Assembly: GCA_964438735.1 (NCBI GenBank)
Contig: CAYTLW010000004.1
Location: 51,953 to 115,952, forward strand
DNA: 64,000 nt
Reading direction: 5' to 3'
DNA from: an uncultured Enterobacteriaceae bacterium
Lineage (GTDB): Bacteria > Myxococcota_A > UBA9042
Part shown: positions 29,116 to 39,120 of the stretch, in pieces
How the letters are laid out: each line of letters starts with the position of its first letter
Numbering within the stretch: position 1 is the first letter of the stretch
Position numbers and translations under genes: made by a program
Notes under the pieces: model-generated
What the model was told of the DNA's origin: nothing
Seen by the model: the letters and a program-made list of their open reading frames with translations, nothing else
Databases searched by the model: none

Positions 29116-30138
29116 CTATGGCAGCCGGGCGAGGCCCTCGCGGTAGGCGTCGATGTGGCCCTGCCAGGCGGTGTAGACGTGGCTCTGCCGGTAGCCCATC
29201 GCTACGTTGATGGCTAGCATTGCGGCGTTGCTCTCGGCGTTTCCAGTGCGTAGACGGGTCACGCCAGGGTGTTGGTCGCGCAGGCGACGCCACATGGCTG
29301 CCTTCAGCCACCGACCGACCCCGCGGTTGCGAAAAGCGGGCAGAACCACGGTGTCGTACTGCCATGAACACCTGGGCCGATGGAGGTTGAGCATCACGGC
29401 CGTGGCGCCCACGGGCGCGCCCGAGGGATCGACCGCCAGCATCACCATCGGGGCCTCGCCGATGACCTGTCGCGCCTGCTCCTCGCGCTGGACCATCTTG
29501 GCGTCGAAGTGCCAGTCCTGCAGCTCGATGCCCTCTCTTGGTGCGTCGTTCATGGCGTTGTTGGCCGCGATGTAGGCGGGCAGCCAGCGCTCTGGGCAGG
29601 CACCTTGCCACTGCACCAGGCGGATGTCCGAGGCGCGCTCCATGCGGCGATCGATCCAGGCGGCCATGCGAGCTTCGTCCACCGCGGTGAGGTCCAGTTC
29701 CGACAGCCGCTCGCTGTACCGTCGCTCGATGCCCAAGCGCTCGTAGAACGCCAACCGCCAGGGCGTCTCCGGGCCCCAGGCGAGGATCGAAGAGCGGTCG
29801 TCCGCCGCCGCGATGTCCAGCAGCTTGCTCAATACCGCAGCGGTGAGCCCATCCTGGTCGTTCAGCATCTCGATCTCGAAGGCGCCGAACGTGGGATTCT
29901 CCGGGTCGTCCGTGCGGTCTACGTGGCCAATGGCGACCGCCTGGTCATCGTCAAATGCCACCAGGCGATCGTGATCGGCGTGCTCGGTCCTGTCGTCATC
30001 GAAGCGGGCGCGTAGTTCGACGGCGGTGCTCGGCGGCAGGTGTGGGTCGAGCGCGAGGTCCAGTTGCTGGCGCAGGTCCAGGGCAGCGTTGAAGCCGGCG
30101 TGGTCGAGCTCGCGGGTGTGCAGGATGTGTGTGGTCAT
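29116..30138 (-). CDS. GNAT-family N-acetyltransferase (tandem GNAT folds)
   Basis: The C-terminal half has motif A RNRGVGRWLKAAMWRRL. At 340 aa it is consistent with two acyl-CoA N-acyltransferase folds. Confidence 0.65.
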   Translation of the reverse strand: MTTHILHTRELDHAGFNAALDLRQQLDLALDPHLPPSTAVELRARFDDDRTEHADHDRLVAFDDDQAVAIGHVDRTDDPENPTFGAFEIEMLNDQDGLTAAVLSKLLDIAAADDRSSILAWGPETPWRLAFYERLGIERRYSERLSELDLTAVDEARMAAWIDRRMERASDIRLVQWQGACPERWLPAYIAANNAMNDAPREGIELQDWHFDAKMVQREEQARQVIGEAPMVMLAVDPSGAPVGATAVMLNLHRPRCSWQYDTVVLPAFRNRGVGRWLKAAMWRRLRDQHPGVTRLRTGNAESNAAMLAINVAMGYRQSHVYTAWQGHIDAYREGLARLP

Positions 30139-30155
30139 GATCCCTTCTCTTCAAC

Positions 30156-30950
30156 CTACTGGCTTGCGTCGGCCTGAGGTTGCGCGGCGCGGTCCCAGTG
30201 AATCATCTGGCCGTGTCGGGTGAAGCCATGCGCCGCGACGATGGGGCCGGAAGTGGTGTCCCGTGCGTACAGTCCCAAGAGTCCGATATCGCGAGTTCGC
30301 GCGAGCTCCGCGCGGGCGTGTAGCAACGCCGTGTAGACGCCCTGTCCGCGGGCCGTCACGGTCACGCCACCGCCCCAGATGAACGCGAAGCCGAGCTCCT
30401 CAAAGCAGGTCATGCCGCCGCCACCCGCTGGCTGACCGTCCACAGAGGCCAGGTACATGGAAGCGCGGGCACCGGGCATCGTGAGCATCTGCAGGTCGTC
30501 TGCCAGGTCAGATTCCGACTGGCTCGCCACCACGCCGAACACTTCTGCGCGCACCTCGTAGAGCGCCAGAAGTTGCGCCATGTCGGTGACGCGCCGCACC
30601 TGCACGTGGCGCGATGGCTGGCGGCTGTAATCCTGGGGTCGAATCACGTAGGCGTGGTGACGTGCGCCGGCCGCATAGCCAGCGTCGGTCAGCGCCTGGC
30701 GCATGGGCGCTGTGTCGCTCATCGGGTTGAGACTCCAGCGACTGCCGTGGCCGTCGTGTCGCTGGCTCACTTCGTGTACGAGTTCTCGGGGGCGGCAGAG
30801 CTCGGGTCGGACCCGGACCACGCAATTGAAGAAGAGCTCGGGTCGATCCGACCATGTGTAGGTGACCTCGGGTCGGACCACGACGTTCACGTCGTCCGGT
30901 GCCCAGAAGTAGTCGGCCTGGGCGGCCTCGATGGTCTCATCGATGTGCAT
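30156..30950 (-). CDS. GNAT-like acetyltransferase family protein
   Basis: Motif A-like VTVTARGQGVYTALLHARAELA in the C-terminal half. The N-terminal half is unassigned. Confidence 0.5.
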   Translation of the reverse strand: MHIDETIEAAQADYFWAPDDVNVVVRPEVTYTWSDRPELFFNCVVRVRPELCRPRELVHEVSQRHDGHGSRWSLNPMSDTAPMRQALTDAGYAAGARHHAYVIRPQDYSRQPSRHVQVRRVTDMAQLLALYEVRAEVFGVVASQSESDLADDLQMLTMPGARASMYLASVDGQPAGGGGMTCFEELGFAFIWGGGVTVTARGQGVYTALLHARAELARTRDIGLLGLYARDTTSGPIVAAHGFTRHGQMIHWDRAAQPQADASQ

Positions 30951-30965
30951 CTTCGGCTCTTACTC

Positions 30966-31439
30966 CTACCTGGCCCGGCGACTGCGCGACAGCCAGCGAT
31001 CCAGCTCGTTGGCGAAGCGCTGCTTGTCCTTCTTGCCGTACGGTGGCGGGCCTTCGGTGATGACGCCGCTGCCACGCAACGAGTCCATGAAGTCGCGCAT
31101 TCCCAGTCGCTGGCGCACGTTCTCTTCGGTCAGGACCTCGCCGCGAAATGCCAGCACCGTGCCGCCTGCATCGATGATGCGCGCGGCCAGCGGGATGTCG
31201 GCGCTGATGACCAGGTCCCCCTTTTGGCACTTCTCGGCGATGTAATCGTCGGCCACGTCCATTCCGCCGCTGACCTGCACTGCGCGCACCGTGGCGATGC
31301 GGGGCACCTCCTGGTAGCGATTGGCGACCAGGATGGCTGGCACGCCGGTGCGTCCGCTGGCCTTGAAGACGACCTCCTTGCAGGCCCTGGGGGCCGAATC
31401 GCCGTCGATCCAGATGGTCGGTTTGTCTGATTGGGTCAT
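30966..31439 (-). CDS. yaiI: UPF0178 protein YaiI (DUF188)
   Basis: IWIDGDSAPRACKEVVFKAS...ILVANRYQEVP...GMDVADDYIAEKCQKGDLVISADIPLAARII...RQRLGMRDFMDSLRGSGV aligns closely with E. coli YaiI (IWVDADACP...DLVITADIPLAA...MRDFMDTLRASG). Confidence 0.8.
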   Translation of the reverse strand: MTQSDKPTIWIDGDSAPRACKEVVFKASGRTGVPAILVANRYQEVPRIATVRAVQVSGGMDVADDYIAEKCQKGDLVISADIPLAARIIDAGGTVLAFRGEVLTEENVRQRLGMRDFMDSLRGSGVITEGPPPYGKKDKQRFANELDRWLSRSRRAR

Positions 31440-31477
31440 TGTGGGGTCCCGCAGGCGTTCAGCCCGCCCCTCTGGCG

Positions 31478-31575
31478 CCGAAAGGTGTCAAGTGTCAATA
31501 CCTGACCCTCTGTGATGGTGGGGCTTGGTGATGCGAATGGCGATGAAGGTGTCAAGTGTCAATGCCTGACCCCTT
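31478..31575. repeat. Two copies of a ~30-bp direct repeat containing tandem TTGACA hexamers (on the minus strand: GGTCAGGYATTGACACTTGACACCTT) upstream of yaiI
   Basis: GAAAGGTGTCAAGTGTCAATACCTGACCCTC at about 31481 and GAAGGTGTCAAGTGTCAATGCCTGACCCCTT at about 31541. The second copy overlaps the stop codon of the SGNH gene. Confidence 0.8.
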
Positions 31576-33067
31576 CGCAGGCGGTGATGTCCAGGCCGGC
31601 GGCGATCAGATTGGCTGGCGAGTCCGGGTCGGTGGCCACCATCTCGGCCAGGTCGATGGTCGGGACGTCGGTGCCCAGGGCGCTGTTGATGGTCTCGATA
31701 ACCGCGTTGGCGGTCATGGCATTGCCCGTGTCGCTGAAGTGCACGCCATCAAGTCCCAAGAGGCCGCCGAACTTGGCCACGGTCAGCGTCTGGTCGCCGG
31801 CGGTCAAGCCGGTCTTCTCCAGGTCGGCGACTCGGCTCGCCAGGTCGACCACGTGCACGTTGTCGTGCGCCGCGGCGACTTTGGCCAGGGCGGCGTTGGC
31901 GTCTGTGGTCAGCTTGTCCAGGGCCGCGATTTCGGTGTCGATGGTCTTTTGCAGTGCGGCCCGCTCGGCGGCGGGGGCGGCGGCCAGTCGACGTCCCTTG
32001 AGCTCGGCGGTGACCGGAATCAGGGTCGGTCGCGGCAGGTTGGCGATGAAGACCTCGGCGCCGGTGGCCGCCAGGCGGGGCACCAGCAGGTCGAGGCGCT
32101 CGGTCAGGTTCTTGAGCGACGTGGCGCCGTCGGCCTTCAACTCGGTCTCGCCGACGATGGCCCGGATCAGGTCGTTGCCGTACAGGTCCACGCTCATGAT
32201 GAGCGATGGCTTGGCCGACTCGAGCAACTCGAGTTGTGACTGGTGCACCGGGCCCAGAAAGGTGCCGTAGGGGTCGTAGACCAGGTGAGCGACAAAGTTG
32301 CCGCCAACGTCATCGGCATCCGGGCCGTCCAGCACGGTGCGCACCTTGCTGCCTCCGACGGCGAGGTTCTGGGGTGCCAGGTCCGGGTCGATGCGCGCGG
32401 CGGCGTAGGTGAGCTTGTTGGTCTCGAGGTCCTTGAGGCTGACCATGACCGCGGCGCTCTCCTTGCTGACGTGAGAGACGATGTCTGGCACCTGGCAGCG
32501 CGGCGCCGGGCCGATATCGGCAGGTTTGATGCCGGGGAAGAGGGGCTCCACCAGTAGCGGCAGGGGGAACCAGGCTCCCAATTGACGGGCGACCAGGGCG
32601 ACGGGCGAGATGAGCTGGCTGCGTTGGTTGGGCACACCGCGCTGGGTGCCCTGGCTGATGGACGCGCCGAAGGCGTACACGCGGGCGAAGCGGGCATCGC
32701 TGGGGGCCGTATAGGTGAAGGGTTTGCCGAGCGTCGCAGAGGTCTCGCCGGCGCTGACCACCACGTCAACTTCGCCGCCGGTGGCGTGGCCCTGGACCAT
32801 GAAGGCCAGCTTCTGATCGCGCTCCGCCAGGCCCCAGGCGCGCACACCGCCGACGGTGACGCCGGTGATGTCGGCAGCCGCCAGGCCGGTGTCGCGCAGG
32901 TCGGCCAGGATCTCGAAGTTGCCGTGTACGGAGCCACTGGAAGGGACCAGCGAGGGGCCAGGCGCCTCGGCTTCATCGGTCGCGGCGCAGCCGGTGGCCA
33001 GCGCAGGAAACAGCAGCACGCACAGGACAAGGATGCGTGGACCGGCCATGCTCAACATCTCCCCCAT
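31559..33067 (-). CDS. SGNH/GDSL-family hydrolase lipoprotein with N-terminal Ig-like (IPT/TIG-like) region
   Basis: Lipobox LLFPALATGC. Block I VYAFGASISQG (GDS(L)-type Ser) and block V DGVHFSDTGNAM (DxxH). The start may be MLSM or MAGPR rather than the first Met. Confidence 0.7.
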   Translation of the reverse strand: MGEMLSMAGPRILVLCVLLFPALATGCAATDEAEAPGPSLVPSSGSVHGNFEILADLRDTGLAAADITGVTVGGVRAWGLAERDQKLAFMVQGHATGGEVDVVVSAGETSATLGKPFTYTAPSDARFARVYAFGASISQGTQRGVPNQRSQLISPVALVARQLGAWFPLPLLVEPLFPGIKPADIGPAPRCQVPDIVSHVSKESAAVMVSLKDLETNKLTYAAARIDPDLAPQNLAVGGSKVRTVLDGPDADDVGGNFVAHLVYDPYGTFLGPVHQSQLELLESAKPSLIMSVDLYGNDLIRAIVGETELKADGATSLKNLTERLDLLVPRLAATGAEVFIANLPRPTLIPVTAELKGRRLAAAPAAERAALQKTIDTEIAALDKLTTDANAALAKVAAAHDNVHVVDLASRVADLEKTGLTAGDQTLTVAKFGGLLGLDGVHFSDTGNAMTANAVIETINSALGTDVPTIDLAEMVATDPDSPANLIAAGLDITACEGVRH

Positions 33068-33082
33068 GCCCTCTGACGTCGT

Positions 33083-36000
33083 TCAACGGCGTTGGCGGAT
33101 GGCCCTCACGCGTCGACCGAGGTGTACCACGTAGATCAGCACCAGGCAGATCAAGGAGGCCGCGCCGGCCACATCGAGGCCGACGCCTGGGCCCGGATCC
33201 ACGATTGTGCCGAAGTAGTGTTTGGTCAGCTTGTAGTCGACCAGGGTGCTGACCAGCCCCATCCTGCTGGTGCCGAGCCAGATGGATGCGAACACCGTCA
33301 CGCCGGTCAACTGGAGCGCGGCGAGGCCGAAGCGCCCGCTGAACATGTCGGACCAGCCGGGCAGGAGCCAGCCGATGACGCGCGAGAGCGTGCGATCGAT
33401 GGCCCGGCTGCGTCTCCACAGTCGACGGAACAACCCTTCAGTCGGCCCACCCGGCGGCTGCGGTGAAGGCGGCGGCTCCGGGATGATTGGCAACGGCCGC
33501 ACGGGCAACCACAGCAGCGAGAGCAGGGCCACCGCCAGCGTCCAGATGCCCAGGGCGCTGGACAGGGTGCGGGCCGGGCTGATGGTTTCGCCCAGGTCGC
33601 CGCCGGCGACCCGGAAGGCGGCCTGGGTGTCGCCGCTGATCAATCCCGCCAGCGACTGGGCGACGGCCTGCCCGAAGTCCTGCGCCGGGTTGAGCAGGTT
33701 GCGCACGTCGTTGAGGGTGCAGCGGGCCCACAAGGGGCGATCCGGCCCGGTGCGTTCCATAGGCAGGCGATCGCGCCGCGGCAACGTCTCGGCGGCGGGA
33801 TTGCTGCCAGCGAGGCGATCGCGATTCCACGCTGCCGACTCGGCCCCTGGCCCGCTGCCAGCGGCGGCGCGTTCGTACCCTTGGCGCGCGGCGTCCCGAT
33901 CGCCGGCCTGTTCGTCCAGCAAGGCGAGGTTGTTGCGCGCCATGGCGCTATCCGGCCAGTTGGCCAGCAGCCGATCGAGGGTCTGCCGCGCGGCGTCCAG
34001 CTGGCCGCGGGTGTAGCGGCCCTCGGCCTGCAGGTTCAGCACCGAGGGGCTGTCGCCGCTGGTCTCCAGTCGCCGCTCGAGCACTTCCAGGCAACCCGGC
34101 GCGCCGGCGTGGCCCGCGGCCACCGTGAGCGAGGCGTTGGCGTTGCGCATCACCACGGTGACGTTGGCCGACAGGATCGCGGCGCTGAGCAGGCTGAGCA
34201 GGGCCAGACCGAAGACTGCGAGCCGCTGCGGCCGGGTGGCGTAGGTCGGGAAGGTATGGCGCAGGCGGTCCACCGGGTGTTCCAGGAAGGCCACCAGGCG
34301 CTGTCGGCGGGTGCGGAAGCCGCGCGCGTGCAGGGCGGCAAAACGCGTCTTGCGCGGCCGCCACCACATGGCGATGAGCAGGATGAACAGGATCATGGGC
34401 GCCGCAGCGGAGATGGGCAGGGCGATGTCCACGAGGCGGACCTGAAACGTGTTCAGCAGCAGCGCAGCGCCCAACGGCGCCGATTCGCGGATTCGACGGG
34501 CCACCAGGCCGTTGGTATCGGGTCGGCCCTGCTGCCGCAGCCAGGCGCCCCAACGCCGATAGAACTTGGGGTCGTACTCGATGAAGTCGGCGAAGGCCCG
34601 ACCGCTCTCGACCAGTTGCAAGGCCCGTTCGATCTTGCCCTGCTGCCACAGCTCGTCGCCCAGTTTGCGTAGGACGAACGCCGGATTGCCGATGAGGGAC
34701 GCGTTCAGCTCGCTGTTGACGCCGGCGATCTGGGCGGCCTCCGCGGCCTGATCGATCAGCTTGTCCGCCCGCCCTGCAAAGCCCTCCCGCTCGAGCATGG
34801 CCGCGATGCGCGTGCCATGCAGCGGCAGCATGTCAGCGCTGTTGGCGACCACGCGATCGGCGAGTTGCGCGCGCCGAGCAGAGTCGGCGTCTTTGCCCAG
34901 CAGCTGCAAGACCATCAGCGGGATCTCGGGATCGAGGGGGTCGTCCTTCGCCAGCGCGGCCACGGTTTCGGCGGCCAGGCGCTTCAACGCGGGATCGTCT
35001 CCGGCCTTGTCCTTGTCCACGCCTGCCCGAGCTGCGCCGGCCTCCAGGGCTTGTTTGCGTACATTCTGGAGCCACTTCGGTGCGGCCCAGCCGCTGCCCA
35101 CGCGGTCGTTGGCGAAGATGGGCTGCTCCGGACCGGCGCGGAAGCGCAGCAGGTGCACCACGCCCTGGTCGACCAGCGACCAGACGGCCACGACCAGGCG
35201 TCGTCGATCGTTGGGATCGGGCCAGCCGTGCAGCGCCACGCCGGGCAGCTTCTGGCGCGCCAGCACCCGGCCTGTCAAGCCATCGCGACGGAGCAGGAAG
35301 GCGCCCAGCCCGAACACGATGGAGCCGTCGGCGACCGGCACGGCGAGCTGGCTTCGTTCGCCATCGGGCGCCGCGGCCGTGCGCCAGCGCCGTTTGCCGG
35401 TGCGTCGATCCCAGGCCTCCCAGGCGCCGTCGGCGGTGCGGGACAGGCGCGGCGCATCCACCGGCAGACCCTGCCGCAGCGCACCAAAGGGTGGCTCCAG
35501 CAGGGCGAAAGGCGGTACGCCATCGGCGCAGCCACCGCCGGCAACCGTGGCCGTGACCTGGGCGGCCGGGTGCAGGGCGCAGATGGCGGCCCTGCCCAGG
35601 CGTGCAGACTCGGCGTCCTTTGCGGTTGGCTGGCCCCCTTCGCGCTGGATGGTGGCCAGGGCGTCGAGCACCGCAGGCACCGGATCGCCGGCCACGATCG
35701 CCTCGTGCAGCACCCGGCACAGGCGCGTGGACGAGCCCACAAAACCCTCGCCATGGCGCAGCCTGTCGCTCAGCGACGTGTTCTTGATGGCCGGTCGCTT
35801 CATCAGCAATCCGCGCATGGACGCCGAACCGTGCTCCTGAAGGGAGGACCGACAGAGCTGGCCGAAGAGTTGCTCCCAGCGGCCTTGTTGCCAGAGCAGC
35901 GTTCGTGTCGCCCGGCCGAGCAACTCCCCCCGAGCCACGGCACGCGGTCCCAGTTCGGCCACGGTCTCTCGGAAGTCGGCCAGCGCCCGGGTAGCGGCGA

Positions 36001-37825
36001 AGGCGTCATGGGTCGCCAGCGCCTGCCAGGCCTTGGTGGCCCGATGATCCAGCGCACCGATCATCTCCCGGCGCTTCAGCTCGGCCTGTTTCGTCGCGGT
36101 CACCTCCTCCAGGCCCTGCCAGATCAGCAGCGCCAGGGCGATCGCCACGACCGCGCCGATTCCGGCGCGCAATCGCCCCGAACCCAGGCGTCGTACGCCC
36201 ATGGCGGTGGTCTCGCAGCGGGGTCGATCGGCGTGTCGATGACCTTCGAGCAGGGCCAGTTGGGCGCTGGCCAGTCCGGCGTCGCCGCGCTCCAGGGCCT
36301 CTTCGGCAAAGTGGATGGCGGCCCGGGCCTGGCCGCGAGAGGCCGGCTCGTTATCTGCCCACAGGTGCAAGGCCTGCTCGTGTCGGGACAGGGCCCGCGC
36401 ATAGAGGCCATAGCGTTCTTCCATGGCCACTTCGCCAGCGACCAGGCTGGCCAGCAGGCGGTCGCCCTCGTCGGACAGGCGCAGGGATTCGGCGTTGCCG
36501 AGCCAGGTTCGCAGGGCGGCCAGGAACGCGGCCGCGTCGGCGAAACGGTCGGCGGGGTCGCGGGCCATGGCCTGACGACAGATGGCTTGCAGGGCGCTGG
36601 GTACGTCGTCGTCGTAGGTGGGCGGTTCGGCCCGGCTGGCCGCGTGCAGCACGTCCATCAGCTGCGCGCCCTTGTGCGGCGGCGCGCCGGTGATCACCTC
36701 GTGCAGCATGGCGCCCAGCTGGAAGACGTCTGTCCACGGGCCGATGTCCCGATTGCGCGCCTCGGCCTGCTCCGGGGCCATGTAGCAGGGCGTGCCCGCC
36801 GGCCCCGTCGCGTCGTCCTTGTGGGGGCCCAGCGGCTGCTCCGGCCGCGGCTCGCGTACATCCAGGGAGATGCCCCAGTCCATCACCATGGTCTCGCCGA
36901 AGTCGCCGACCATGATGTTGGCGGGCTTCAGGTCGCGATGGGCGATGCCACGCGAATGCGCAAAGGCGATGGCGTTGCAGACGCTGATCAAGACATCCAC
37001 ATGGCGCCGCTGATCCCAGCCCTCCGCGGCTTTCTTGTGGGCGTCGGTGCGCGGATGCAGCAGGTCGTGCCAGCTGTGGCCGCGGACCAGCTTCATGGCC
37101 AGGAAGACCTCGCCCTGACCGGTCTCGCCGAGCTCGTGCACCGGGATCACGTTGGGATGATCCAGGGCGCCGGTGACCAGGGCTTCGGCAACGAACTGCT
37201 CCCGAGCCAGACCGCCCCCTCGACCTGGGATCAGCGTCTTGACCGCCACGTCGCGACGCAGGCTGCCCTGGGTGGCGCGATAGACCACGCCCATGCCGCC
37301 GCGGCCGATCTCGTCCTGGAGTTCGTACTGCTGCATGCCCTCGGCGGCGGTTGGAGCGGCCGTGGAGGGCATGGTGGGGGCGGTGACGGGGGCTGCGAGG
37401 GTGTCCGTGTCCGTGGCTGCGACCGTGTCGGCGCCAGTGTCCGTGTCTGTGTCTGTGTCCGTGGCTGCGACCGTGTCCGCGCCGGTGTCCGTGTCTGTGT
37501 CCGTGTCTGTGTCCGTGGCGGCGACCGTGTCGGCGCCCGTATCTGTGTCTGCGACCGCGTCGGTTGCGGCGAGGGTTTCGTCGAAGGCCTGCTCGCCTGT
37601 GACCGGCCGGTGACGGGCGACGCCGGGACCGACCAGGGCCACCTGCTGGCGGCCCCTCAGGCGTGGACTTGTTGTAAAGGCGGCCTGTGGCAGGCCACTC
37701 AGGGCGGGTGGAGGGGCTTTTTTCGCCGGCGCCGGGCGATAGGCGGCGACCGTGGATGCGGCATCCCAGTCGGCATCGGCGCCGATGGTCTCCGCCCACA
37801 CCTGCTTGATCTCGGCCCGATTCAT
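33083..37825 (-). CDS. Multidomain Ser/Thr protein kinase (Pkn-type): (TD)n repeat N-terminus, kinase, helical/TPR region, PQQ-like propeller, C-terminal multi-TM region
   Basis: Kinase motifs GRGGMGVVYRA, VAVK, HRDLKPANIM, DWG and APE are present. The N-terminal TDTDTDTDTGADTVAA repeats are encoded by a tandem DNA repeat at about 37395..37565. The C-terminus has at least 5 hydrophobic helices. Confidence 0.8.
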   Translation of the reverse strand: MNRAEIKQVWAETIGADADWDAASTVAAYRPAPAKKAPPPALSGLPQAAFTTSPRLRGRQQVALVGPGVARHRPVTGEQAFDETLAATDAVADTDTGADTVAATDTDTDTDTDTGADTVAATDTDTDTDTGADTVAATDTDTLAAPVTAPTMPSTAAPTAAEGMQQYELQDEIGRGGMGVVYRATQGSLRRDVAVKTLIPGRGGGLAREQFVAEALVTGALDHPNVIPVHELGETGQGEVFLAMKLVRGHSWHDLLHPRTDAHKKAAEGWDQRRHVDVLISVCNAIAFAHSRGIAHRDLKPANIMVGDFGETMVMDWGISLDVREPRPEQPLGPHKDDATGPAGTPCYMAPEQAEARNRDIGPWTDVFQLGAMLHEVITGAPPHKGAQLMDVLHAASRAEPPTYDDDVPSALQAICRQAMARDPADRFADAAAFLAALRTWLGNAESLRLSDEGDRLLASLVAGEVAMEERYGLYARALSRHEQALHLWADNEPASRGQARAAIHFAEEALERGDAGLASAQLALLEGHRHADRPRCETTAMGVRRLGSGRLRAGIGAVVAIALALLIWQGLEEVTATKQAELKRREMIGALDHRATKAWQALATHDAFAATRALADFRETVAELGPRAVARGELLGRATRTLLWQQGRWEQLFGQLCRSSLQEHGSASMRGLLMKRPAIKNTSLSDRLRHGEGFVGSSTRLCRVLHEAIVAGDPVPAVLDALATIQREGGQPTAKDAESARLGRAAICALHPAAQVTATVAGGGCADGVPPFALLEPPFGALRQGLPVDAPRLSRTADGAWEAWDRRTGKRRWRTAAAPDGERSQLAVPVADGSIVFGLGAFLLRRDGLTGRVLARQKLPGVALHGWPDPNDRRRLVVAVWSLVDQGVVHLLRFRAGPEQPIFANDRVGSGWAAPKWLQNVRKQALEAGAARAGVDKDKAGDDPALKRLAAETVAALAKDDPLDPEIPLMVLQLLGKDADSARRAQLADRVVANSADMLPLHGTRIAAMLEREGFAGRADKLIDQAAEAAQIAGVNSELNASLIGNPAFVLRKLGDELWQQGKIERALQLVESGRAFADFIEYDPKFYRRWGAWLRQQGRPDTNGLVARRIRESAPLGAALLLNTFQVRLVDIALPISAAAPMILFILLIAMWWRPRKTRFAALHARGFRTRRQRLVAFLEHPVDRLRHTFPTYATRPQRLAVFGLALLSLLSAAILSANVTVVMRNANASLTVAAGHAGAPGCLEVLERRLETSGDSPSVLNLQAEGRYTRGQLDAARQTLDRLLANWPDSAMARNNLALLDEQAGDRDAARQGYERAAAGSGPGAESAAWNRDRLAGSNPAAETLPRRDRLPMERTGPDRPLWARCTLNDVRNLLNPAQDFGQAVAQSLAGLISGDTQAAFRVAGGDLGETISPARTLSSALGIWTLAVALLSLLWLPVRPLPIIPEPPPSPQPPGGPTEGLFRRLWRRSRAIDRTLSRVIGWLLPGWSDMFSGRFGLAALQLTGVTVFASIWLGTSRMGLVSTLVDYKLTKHYFGTIVDPGPGVGLDVAGAASLICLVLIYVVHLGRRVRAIRQRR

Positions 37826-37925
37826 GGCTGCCCTTGCCGCTTTTGTCGCCAGGGGCCAAGCCTACTTCAGGGCAGGGCGTGGTGTCATGGCTGGCAAGCG
37901 CTCGATGGGGTCTTGTCCTGGGCGC

Positions 37926-39119
37926 TCAGGTCAGCAGCTGCAATCGTCCGCGCAGGAAGTCCCTGGCGACCACGCCGACGTGAACTTCGTCGGGGCCATC
38001 GGCGATGCGGGCGGCGCGGGCGTGTCGGTACCAGCCGGCGAATGGCATGTCCTCGCTGTAGCCGAGTGCGCCGTGCATCTGGATGGCGTCGTCGAGCACG
38101 TCGCAGAGCATGCGGGCGCAGTGCAACTTGGCCATGGACGAATAGCCGCGGGCCGCGGCGGGACCGTCTCGCTCGAGCACTCTGGCGCAATGCCAGGTCA
38201 ACAGGTCGCCGGCGTGGATGGCGGTGGCGCCATTGGCGATGAACTGTTGGACCAGCTGGTGTCTGGCCAGTGGCCGGCCGAAGCTCTGCCGTTCATTGAC
38301 GTAGGCGCGGCAGAGGTCCAGCGCCCGATCTGCCAGACCGAGCCAGCGCATGCAGTGGGTCAGGCGCGCCGGGATGAGCCTCGCCTGGGCCAGCTCGAAA
38401 CCCTGGCCGACCTCGCCGAGCAGGTTGTCGGTGCCCACCTGCACGTCGTTGAACTGCAGCTCCGCCTCTCGATGCACGAGCAGCGGCTCTGCCATGACGC
38501 CCACGGTGCGCACATGCTCGATGCCTGGAGATTGCCGGTCGACCGCGAAGAGGGTGGCACCTCGCCGCCGATCGTCCGAGGTGCGGGCCATGACGATCAG
38601 CATGGACGCCCGGCCGCCACCGGTGGCGAACCATTTGCGGCCGTTGATGCGCCAGCCCTCGCCGTCGGCGGTGGCCGTGGTCTGCAGGTTGTGGGGGTCT
38701 GCACCGGCACCTGGGGCGGGTTCGGTCATGCAGAATGCGCTGGTGATCTCGCCATCGCACATGGGCTTGAGCCAGCGCTGCCGCACCGCGGGTCCGGCCA
38801 CGCGCAGGAGCAGGTCCATGTTGCCCTGGTCGGGCGCGTCACAGTTGAAGACCCGTGGGCCCACGAGCGAACGGCCCATCTCGCGAAACAGGGCGCACAT
38901 GCCGATCACGCCCAGGTCCAGTCCGCCGTAGTCGGCCGGCAGGTGAGGTGCCCACAGACCTGCCGCCCGGGCGCCGACCTGCAGCTGACGCAGGGTGGTG
39001 TCCTCGCCGCGCCGATCCTCGGCGATGATGCGCGCCTCGTTGGTCAGCACGTGGCCGTCCATGAACTCGCGCACCTGGCGCCGCGTCCGCTGCAATGACT
39101 CCGACAGATTCCAGGGCAT
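37926..39119 (-). CDS. Acyl-CoA dehydrogenase family protein (ACAD10/11-type by context)
   Basis: ACAD fold motifs are present (TEPAPGAGADP, WINGRKWFATGG, GALGYSEDMPFAGWYRHARAARIADGPDEV). It lies 1 nt downstream of the 100-aa gene. Confidence 0.85.
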   Translation of the reverse strand: MPWNLSESLQRTRRQVREFMDGHVLTNEARIIAEDRRGEDTTLRQLQVGARAAGLWAPHLPADYGGLDLGVIGMCALFREMGRSLVGPRVFNCDAPDQGNMDLLLRVAGPAVRQRWLKPMCDGEITSAFCMTEPAPGAGADPHNLQTTATADGEGWRINGRKWFATGGGRASMLIVMARTSDDRRRGATLFAVDRQSPGIEHVRTVGVMAEPLLVHREAELQFNDVQVGTDNLLGEVGQGFELAQARLIPARLTHCMRWLGLADRALDLCRAYVNERQSFGRPLARHQLVQQFIANGATAIHAGDLLTWHCARVLERDGPAAARGYSSMAKLHCARMLCDVLDDAIQMHGALGYSEDMPFAGWYRHARAARIADGPDEVHVGVVARDFLRGRLQLLT

Positions 39120-39120
39120 G

